A DNA stretch of 64,000 nucleotides from the human T2T-CHM13v2.0 reference genome, Homo sapiens. Position numbers and translations under genes: made by a program. Within the stretch, counting starts at the first letter, position 1. Each line of letters opens with the position of its first letter. The stretch lies in the NCBI GenBank assembly GCA_009914755.4, contig CP086569.2, forward strand, positions 17,920,001-17,984,000. Reading direction: 5' to 3'. Below the pieces are notes generated by a model. The model was not told where the DNA came from. It saw only the letters and a list, made by a program, of their open reading frames with translations, and searched no databases. This document shows, piece after piece, positions 53,470 to 64,000 of this stretch.

Positions 53470-56329
53470 TTTGATGTGTTTTTTTTTCCCTAAGAAGAAC
53501 AAAATAAACATTGTACTTACCAGATTTTAAGCGTCATCCTGTTTAGATGCATTTTACATAATATTTTCCATGCACTAAGAAAGATAAGAATATTTCTATC
53601 TTTAAATTTATTTTTACCTATCCTGCAATCAATTTATCTTATGGAATCACTGGCTTGTCTATAGTAAAATACAGAAGCAATGATTACTTTTGCACTTTAT
53701 TGTTCAGTATTTTGTGGTGAGTTTCTGAGTGAACTAGTTAATGTTGTTATGGAGACATTATACTTTAACCAAAGTGATTTAGTTTGTTTCATACATCATG
53801 TAGTGCTATTGCTCTAATCTGTTTGATTCTGGAGTTTGCTTATGAAGCCAAGGAAAATTTATACCTTATGGAACTCACCCAAGGACAAGATAAGAATGAA
53901 GAATTAGTCAAGAAGGCAGAATAGCTTTGATGTACTTCATCTCTGAGTCATTCTAATTGGATTCTGGTTTCTATCCGTGACCAACCAATGCTTAAATAAG
54001 TGGGGAAAACATTGCTTTCACCTCTGAGGCCAGCGAAATGATGACTAATTGGTTGCACAACAATCTGTTACAGACCTTCTGCTTGAAAGGTTATTACCCT
54101 TCTGCTGTCCTTCAGCAGAAACATGATTAGTTTTCAAACCCTTGTTTATTTAACTCAGTCATCCTATGTAGCTTTCTCTAGTGGATTCAGTAATATACCT
54201 TACAAATGGATTTCAGATATTGAAATAGAAATAGCCATTTAACTCCTTGAAAACAAATTTGGTAAAAGGAAGACAAAAGAATAGTCCTTAATTTACTAGT
54301 GAATGACCACACATAAGTGTTCTTAGAGAAACCACTTACCTGTTGTTTATTGAATAAGGTTAAGGTTCCTCCCTTCTCAGCTCTTGGGAAAGTTTGCTGA
54401 GAAAGTGAGACAGACAGTCCTTTCAACTTTTCTCTATGTTCTGGACTCCAAGTTCATAACCGTTTGGGCTCTTAATTCTTGAAACAACCCTGTGAGGTGG
54501 GGCATATTTCTGTACCCATTCTTTAAATAAAAACAATGTATCTTTTTAAGACTATTCAATTTATCTGTCATCATAGAGTGATTATGAATTACATAACTGG
54601 AGCTGAATTACAAACAGAGACATGTCTTTTATGGTACTGTATGCAGGGAAAAGAGCTGGGAAAAAGGAACATTTTGGTTAGCAGGCAATTAAAGGCTAAA
54701 TTAAGATAGATTCTGTACTCAAAAAAATTATGGTGCATGATTTAATATAAATACAAGGAGTTTTTCTTGGAAAAATACAGCTATGACTCAAACTCCAAAA
54801 AGGATTGACATTTTGTTTTGTTCTTTTCCAATTTGCAAATATATGAAGGTATGTATTTGGTAATGACTTAAGATTTTTTCTGAGCTATAGAGGTAAAGAT
54901 TCAACTCGATGTAAATCAGACACTGTGAGTAATCAAAAGCAAGAGAACATGAGGTTATGTTACTGAATTCATTGAAATCAATCGTGACCTCTGGCTACAA
55001 CCTACACTCCAAGAAGTCACTGCAGTTTCTAGCTCCCAAACTTGTTAATCTAATGCAGAGATTTACACCACTAGTTTTCATTAAAAAAAAAGAACAGATA
55101 CTGAAGAATTTAGGTTTTAATGGTTTAGTCTCTGACACAAGTGCTCAACTCTTTCCTTCTGTGAAAACGGCAATAAGCCATGTATAAATGAATGGGCATA
55201 GCTGTGTACCAATTAAACTTTATTTACAAAAAGAGGCTTTAGATGGCCGGATGTGGCCCATGGGTCATGCTAATTTCATAGGAACAGGAGTGTCAAACAG
55301 GCATAAATAGTAACAAATATGTATATGATTGTATACTTAGAAATGTAAAGAAAGACTAATGTTAATGTCCCCAAATAAACAAATATTGAACAAAAAATGA
55401 CACACATTTTACTGCAGCTTTACCCATGTATCTTGGCCCATCTTATATCTTCCTCTTTCAAAACCTGTTTACAAAATTCTCCATTCAAAGTTTATTTCTA
55501 TATTATACAGCATTGTATGACATCATATTTTTATGAGAAACATTTATTCAAGTGCTACCTAGCACGGTGTTAAGAAAATTACAGATCTTTAATAAATGTC
55601 TGTTGAATACAATTGTACTGATAAGAAATGTGTCAGGTGATTCTCAGAAGATAGAAATGAATGTTCTACTTCATTGACCATCCAGGTAACTGGAAATAAT
55701 ATTGAACTTTATAGATGCACATAAATAGGACTTAATTAGCAGAGGAAAATTCTATGGTCATTGGTTCTATGATAACTCTACTATCATTAATGGTCAAAGT
55801 TAGTTAAGTCTTGCTTTTATAAAATAGCAACCTACCCCAAATTCAGATATTGATTTTAAAAAATAATTTTTTTAAATTATAGTGAGCTATGTATAAGTTT
55901 CTAATGCAGTTTCTGATTTCTGCCCTATAAGACAGAAATAGTTTAAATTTACATGGCAAAAAAACAAACAACAACAAACAAAACAAAACACCACTGGAAC
56001 AAAGTCAAAAAATCTGAAAAGGAGTAGTAAAAACCTACAAAAAAATCTATGATAATTCCTGTACTTCAGTATTGCCACAAATAAGATGGTGTTATGGAAT
56101 AGAATAAAGTCCACAAATCATGCTAAATATTTACAGAAACTTGGAGTGTGAAAATATCATATGTTAGTTCTACAGGAAAAGCATGTTTATTTATAAATGG
56201 TGCTAGTATTTTATAAATGGTGATGGTCTTTTACAGATGAGAAACATTTTAAGCTAGCCCCAAAGATAGTGAAATATACAAAATTAAAATGAAAAAAATA
56301 TAAAATCTTAAAAAGTTAAAATGTCCAGG

Positions 56330-56415
56330 AAGTAAAATAAAGTTAAATAAAGTTTAAAAAATTAAATAATTTAAATAAAGTTAAATAAAGTTAAAAAAAA
56401 GTTAAAGTAAAATAA
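56330..56415. repeat. A-rich low-complexity tract, (AAATAAAGTT)n-like, immediately upstream of satellite block C
   Basis: AAATAAAGTTAAATAAAGTTTAAAAAATTAAATAATTTAAATAAAGTTAAATAAAGTTAAAAAAAAGTTAAAGTAAAATAAAC. Confidence 0.8.
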
Positions 56416-58273
<1,858 letters not shown>

Positions 58274-58385
58274 AGGAAAGAAATTTTTAAATTTTTTATT
58301 TTAATTTCAGTTCTAGAAAATTTTTAAAAAGACATATACACAAAATCTGGAGCGTAAACTCTGTGTTTGAGAAGCCGGGGAATAG

Positions 58386-58750
<365 letters not shown>

Positions 58751-59143
58751 TGCACTTCTTTCACATTGCCCTCCACCCCAGATGGTTGACACAGGTATGA
58801 GAGGGCCAGGAAGAGGGTGTCTGTCTGTTACAGGGGGTCTGTCTGCTGGAGCTGTTGTCAAGATTGCCCTAACAGCAGCACTCATGTGATGCCATCTGTT
58901 GTTTCATCCCACCCTGTTATCAGGAGGCATTATAGTACCTCTTCAGCACTCAAAGCATAGCCTGAGTGAACTTGAAAATCACCTGAAGCCTGTGCTGCTA
59001 ACCCAACGTTTAAAGAAAAAGGTGACAAACACACTGGCCCATGTTAGTTACTATGTTAGTAACTGCCCTAACAGTTAGTGCTGTTTTTGATTTCCAAATT
59101 AAGAGATTTTGTTGTCATTTGAAAGAATCTCTTCTCTGTGTCT

Positions 59144-59438
59144 GGTCCAGTGCAGTGGGTGGTTCATGCCTATAATCCAAGCACTTTGCAAGGACTAGGC
59201 AGGCAGATCACTTGAGGTCAAGAGTTCGAAACCAGCCTGGCCAACATGGTGATCTCCCACCTCCATTAAAAACAGAAAAATCAGCCAGCCTTGGTGGTGC
59301 ATGCCTGTAGACCCAGTAGCTCCGGAGGCTGAGGCAGGGGAATTGTTTGGACCCTGGAGGCAAAGGCTACGGTGAGCTTAGTTCACGCCACTGCCCTCCA
59401 ACCAGGGCAACAAAGCGAGATTCTGTCTGAAAAAAAAG
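59144..59438 (+). mobile_element. Alu SINE (AluS-like)
   Basis: GGTCCAGTGCAGTGGGTGGTTCATGCCTATAATCCAAGCACTTTGCAAGGACTAGGCAGGCAGATCACTTGAGGTCAAGAGTTCGAAACCAGCCTGGCCAACATGGTGATCTCCCACC ... CCAGGGCAACAAAGCGAGATTCTGTCTGAAAAAAAAG. Confidence 0.8.
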
Positions 59439-60522
59439 AACAAAATATCTTCTCGCTGCCTGATTTGTGGCTTCCTGTGCTAGAACAGGCTGTTCTGAGG
59501 CTGATACCCTGAGAACAGGGATATATTGGTTAGACCCTGTACTGTCTTTAGATGCTGACATGGTTTCCCTTCTGTACCCAAGACAGACAAGAATTTTGAG
59601 TGCTGATTTCCATAAACATCTCGTAGGCAGAGGTGCACTTAGTTGGTCCCTGTGCCTGGATGAACCTGAGAGAAATTTTCAGTGACGGACTGCAGTGCTT
59701 CACTTGTCTCCCACAGTTCTCCTTTGATCTTGATGGTGCAGTTGTGAATCTTGACAGCTCCTCAGCCCTACGCCATGCAGCAACTTGGGGTGGCAGACAG
59801 TGGAGAAAGTAGAAGATGTCCCCACCAGCCTGTGTCTCTGAAGATCTTTGAGCACCAGAGAACACACACATCCTGCCTAGATGTCCCCATTTGTGTCTGC
59901 CTTCCCTCTTTTCAGGCTTACTTAACAGGGTAGGAGTCTCATGGATTAGGAAATTGCTCTGGCAAATCATCTGACTTGAGAACTTGCCTGGTGAGGGAAG
60001 ATGCTATGTCTTTTGGGGACACTGTGAGGCCAGCATCAGAACACATGAGATAGGGACAGCAATAGGATCCATATAGAAGGAGGCAGTTTAAAGCAAAGAG
60101 GAAAATAGGGTAACAGGGTAAAGGGCAGATTGAAAGGTCTGGTTCAGTGCCAAAGGAAGAGGACAGTGGACATTGTAAGGTCCTCACTGACTCAGGATAG
60201 TGAGTTACATGTTCAGTGCTGCAGAATAACTGGATGAAGATCTGGAAGTAGTTGGGAAATAAGAATTCAGAATTGATCAACCTTGCTAGTATCCCAGTTC
60301 CTTGTATTGAGCAGGTAACATGTGCCAGGTGTATTGTGAAGTACCTTACTGCACTATCCATAGTCAGGATTTCATTTAATCTACATCACATGAGCCATCT
60401 CAAGAAGGATAATGTTTTCTTGCCCATTTTCCAGATAAAGAAAGCAAAGATTTAGAGAGATGATAACCAAGTATTTTCAGGCAAGTATTCCAACTCCAGT
60501 GCATACCCCCCTTTAAAAAATG

Positions 60523-60688
60523 TTTTTAAGAGATGAGGTCTTGCTATGTTGCCCAGGCTGGAGTGCAGCGGCAATTCACAGGGATGATCATAAGATCATA
60601 GCACACAGTACAGTCACTCAAGAAATCCTCCTGCCACAGCCTCCTGAGTAGCTGGGACTACAGACACATGCCACCAACTCTGGCTACC
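60523..60688 (-). mobile_element. Degenerate Alu fragment with an internal insertion
   Basis: TTTTTAAGAGATGAGGTCTTGCTATGTTGCCCAGGCTGGAGTGCAGCGGCAATTCACAGG ... TCCTCCTGCCACAGCCTCCTGAGTAGCTGGGACTACAGACACATGCCACCAACTCTGGCT. Confidence 0.6.
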
Positions 60689-61592
60689 AGTGCACACCCC
60701 CTTAAGCACCACATGAATGATTAGACTGTTCACATAAATGTTGAAGTATAAAGAAGGAAGCATAAGCTATAAATGGGACCCACCCTACATGGGTAGGGAG
60801 AGAGAAGAGGCAGGGTAGGGGGCAACTGGAGAAGTCACACCATCCCAGTTCACATGAATGCCAAGGAGGACTGCTGTCATAGGAAGGCTGGTGTTGAATG
60901 CCTCCTGGCCCTGTTGAGCTGTTCCAGGTGAGCCAGCCAGGTGCAACAGCTTCCTGTTGTCCTGTGTCCCCATTTAGGGACTAAGAAGGGCTTTCTGCTG
61001 CTGTAGTCAGCACATAGCTGTGAAGCTGTTTGGTTTGACTCAGTATGAGAATGCAAGTCAGGTTCTGACTGTTCTCTTTGGCCAAGAGTGCAGTGGGTAC
61101 CTAGGTAATTTGTAAAGGGTAGTTTATCTGATCCTGCTTGGCCACGTGAAATGTCTTTAACAAAGGAATTGAGCTTTGGCCTTATTAAGTCACATACAGC
61201 AATAGTAGACATAGTGAGACCCCTGTACTACAAGGTGCTATATTATTTATTTGGAGGGTTTGTTTGGTTTGTTTCCTTTTTTGTACTAAATTGCTGGAAA
61301 AACTTGATGGGGAGTACTTTTTATTTTTAATACTAGAGGTATTTATTTTTCCATTGCATAGAACAGTACGTTGTTCCTTAATTTTCAGGTAATTTCAAGT
61401 ATTTTCTGCTGCTACTAAAAGAAGCAGTCTTCTTCTGGGGATATATATTTTTGTGCTGGTGGTTGATTTGTTCATTTGTTGAATTTATGTTTACTGATCA
61501 TCTTCTATAGACCAGCTATCATGTCAGCACTAGGAAAACATCCATGAACAGGACAGGTACAGTCCTCAAGGAACTTGCCCCAACTCCCTAAC

Positions 61593-61889
61593 TTTTTTTT
61601 TTGAGGTAGGGTCTCTGGCTTAGCCCAGGCTGGAGTGTCGTGGTGAATTCATAGCTCGCTGCAGCCTCTAACACCTGGGCTCAAGAAGTCCTCCCGCATC
61701 AGCCTCCTGAGTAGCTGGGACTACAGGTGTGCACCACCACACCCAGCTAATATTGTGTACAGACAAGGTCTCACTATGTTGCTTAAGCTGGTCTCCAAGT
61801 TCTGGGCTCAAGTGAGCCTCCCACTTGAGGCCAGCACTTGAGCCTCTCAATGTGCTGGAATTACAGGCAGGAACTATGGCATCCATACA
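61593..61889 (-). mobile_element. Alu SINE (older, AluJ-like)
   Basis: T10 then GAGGTAGGGTCTCTGGCTTAGCCCAGGCTGGAGTGTCGTGGTGAATTCATAGCTCGCTGCAGCCTCTAACACCTGGGCTCAAGAAGTCCTCCCGCATCAGCCTCCTGAGTAGCTGGGACTACAGGTGTGCACCACCACACCCAGC ... GCTGGAATTACAGGCAGGAACTATGGC. Confidence 0.8.
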
Positions 61890-61973
61890 AACTTGTATTC
61901 TTTGAGGACACAGATGTGAATAGATTAATTAGTAAGATGGTTTCGACACTGGAACTAGTTGTGATAATGCTGA

Positions 61974-62374
<401 letters not shown>

Positions 62375-62392
62375 GGGCATTATTGAAAGGAG

Positions 62393-62775
62393 TTTTATTG
62401 AGATATAATTCACATATCAGATAATTAATTCATTTAAAGGCTGCAGTTTAATTTAATTTTATTTTTCAGTAATTTACAGGGCTGTACAAGCATCACCAGT
62501 TTCTAATTTTAGAATACATTTGTACCCCAGGAGAAAAAACTCCATACTCATTACAGCAGGCCCTCTCAACCTCTCTTCCCCTTCCACGCTTAGGCAACCC
62601 CAATCTACTTTCTGTCTGTAAATATATGCCTATTCTGAACATTTCAAATAAATGTCTTCTGTGACTGGCTGTTTTTGCTTAGATAATGTTTTTAGTCTCA
62701 TCTGTTCCTCCTCTGTGCAACACAAACTTCCAGTCCAGTATCTCCCCATGGAGCACACACTTTTGTACCTCCCCT
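62393..62775 (-). mobile_element. Old L1M-type LINE-1 3' end, minus orientation; the Alu at 62005-62374 sits on its poly-A end and satellite block D starts on its other side
   Basis: GTTTTATTGAGATATAATTCACATATCAGATAATTAATTCATTTAAAGGCTGCAGTTTAATTTAATTTTATTTTTCAGTAATTTACAGGGCTGTACAAGCATCACCAGTTTCTAATTTTAGAATACATTTGTACCCCAGGAGAAAAAACTCCATACTCATTACAGCAGGCCCTC ... CTTCCACGCTTAGGCAACCCCAATCTACTTTCTGTCTGTAAATATATGCCTATTCTGAACATTTCAAATAAATG is the reverse complement of old L1 3' UTRs, which end ...GAATTATATCTCAATAAAA. Confidence 0.6.
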
Positions 62776-64000
62776 GTGCAGGACACGCTTCCTGTTTCTG
62801 CCATGTTCAGCTTATATGTTGTTTCTTTTTTGTGCAGGACACACTTCCTGTTCTGCCTTTGTGCAGAACACACTTCCTGTTCCTCTTCTATGCAGGACAC
62901 TTTCTGTTTCTCCCCTGTGCAGGTCATACTTCCTGTGTTTCCCCTGTGCATAACACACTTTCTATTTTTCCCCTGTGCAGCACCTATTTTTCTGTTCCTC
63001 CCCTGTGCAGGACACACTTTCTGTTACTCTCCTGAGACAGACAAACTTCATATCTCCCCTGTGCATGCCACTCTTCCTGTTTCTCACCTGTGCAGCACAC
63101 ACGTTCTGTTCCTCCACTGTGCAGGACACATTTCCCATTGCTCTCCAGAGACAGACACACTCCCTGTTTCTCCCCTGTGCATGCCACACTTCTTGTTTCC
63201 TCCTTGAATGGCCACCCTTTATGTTCTTCCTTTGTTAAGGACACACTTCCTTTTTCTCTGCTGTGCAGTACATACTTCCTTTTCTTGTGAGGGACACATC
63301 TTTTTTTCCTCTGTGCAGCATTCACTTTCCCTTTCTGTACTGTGCATGACGCCTCTCCTTTGTGTCCCCTGTTCATGAAACTTTTCCTGTTTCTCCCTGG
63401 TGCAGCACACACTGTCTGCTCCTCGTCTGTGGAGGACAGACTTTCTGATCCTCCCCTGTTCAGGCCACACTTTCTGTTTCATCCCTGAGCATGCTACACT
63501 TCTTGTTCTTCCACTGTGAAGCACACACTTTCAGTGTCTCTATTGTGCATACCACGCTTTCTATTTCTTCACTGTGCAACATACATTTTCTCTTCCTTCT
63601 CTGTGTGGGACACTCTTCCTGTTCCTCCCTTGTGCCTGTCACACTTCCTGTTGCTCCCCTGTGCAGGACACATTTCCTGTGTGTCCCCTGTGAGGACAAC
63701 ACTTCTGTTCCTCTTCTGTTCAGGACACACTTCCTGTTTCTCCACTTTGCCTGACACACTTCCTTTTTCTCCCCTTGCAGGACATATTTCCTGTGTCTCC
63801 TCTGTAAGGGCCACACTTCCTTTTTCTCCCCTGTGCAGCACACACTTTCTGTTTTCCCCTGTGTGGGACATACTTCCTGTGTCTCTCCTGTGTGGGACAT
63901 ACTTCCTGTTTCGTCTCTGCAAGACGCACTTACTGTATTGCCCCTGTGGGTTACAGGCTTCCTGTTTCTACTCTGTGGAATACACTTTTTGTTTCTCTCC
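62695..64000 (-). repeat. Block D of the 29-bp satellite in inverted orientation, at least 1.3 kb and running off the window edge
   Basis: Top strand reads TCTCCCCTGTGCAGGACACACTTCCTGTT at 29-bp spacing, the reverse complement of blocks A-C. Examples: CCCCTGTGCAGGACACGCTTCCTGTTTCTGCC, CCCCTGTGCATAACACACTTTCTATTTTTCCCCTGTGCAGCACC. Long ORFs on both strands, for example 62686..63207 (+) and 63460..63900 (-). Confidence 0.9.

Overview
This window reads as human or other hominid genomic DNA and is dense in transposable elements. It carries about 20 Alu copies (AluY, AluS and AluJ), many LINE-1 3'-end fragments and four solo LTRs from the MaLR family (a mammalian apparent LTR-retrotransposon group, here THE1/MST-like and MLT1-like). 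I found no cellular protein-coding exon or RNA gene; the only genuine ORFs are LINE-1 ORF1 and ORF2. Outside the L1 ORFs, the long ORFs in the six-frame track come from stop-free tandem repeats, Alu tails and GC-rich LTR sequence, so I do not annotate them as genes. The most interesting feature is an unclassified 29-bp tandem satellite with consensus about CACAGGGGAGAAACAGGAAGTGTGTCCTG. It has no stop codons in any of the six frames and occurs in four blocks: 28910-29418, 30814-34206, 56416-57970 and, inverted, 62695 to the window end. A solo HERV9 LTR12 sits between the first two blocks at 29419-30813. Its CCAAT, GATA and TATA-like promoter points into the 3.4-kb second block, and its poly(A) signal is mutated to AATAAG, so it may transcribe the satellite. 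A young AluY at 62005-62374 carries a monomer of the same satellite inside its A-tail, between its target-site duplications. Other notable items are a full-length 6.05-kb L1HS-like element at 47420-53469 with intact ORF1 and an ORF2 broken by only two nonsense codons, a palindromic AT-rich structure inside an L1 3' end at 12640-13210, and a roughly 1-kb TACC/TATC minisatellite with about 170-bp higher-order periodicity at 14955-15995. I had no tools, so all coordinates and calls come from reading the sequence and are approximate to within about 10 bp.
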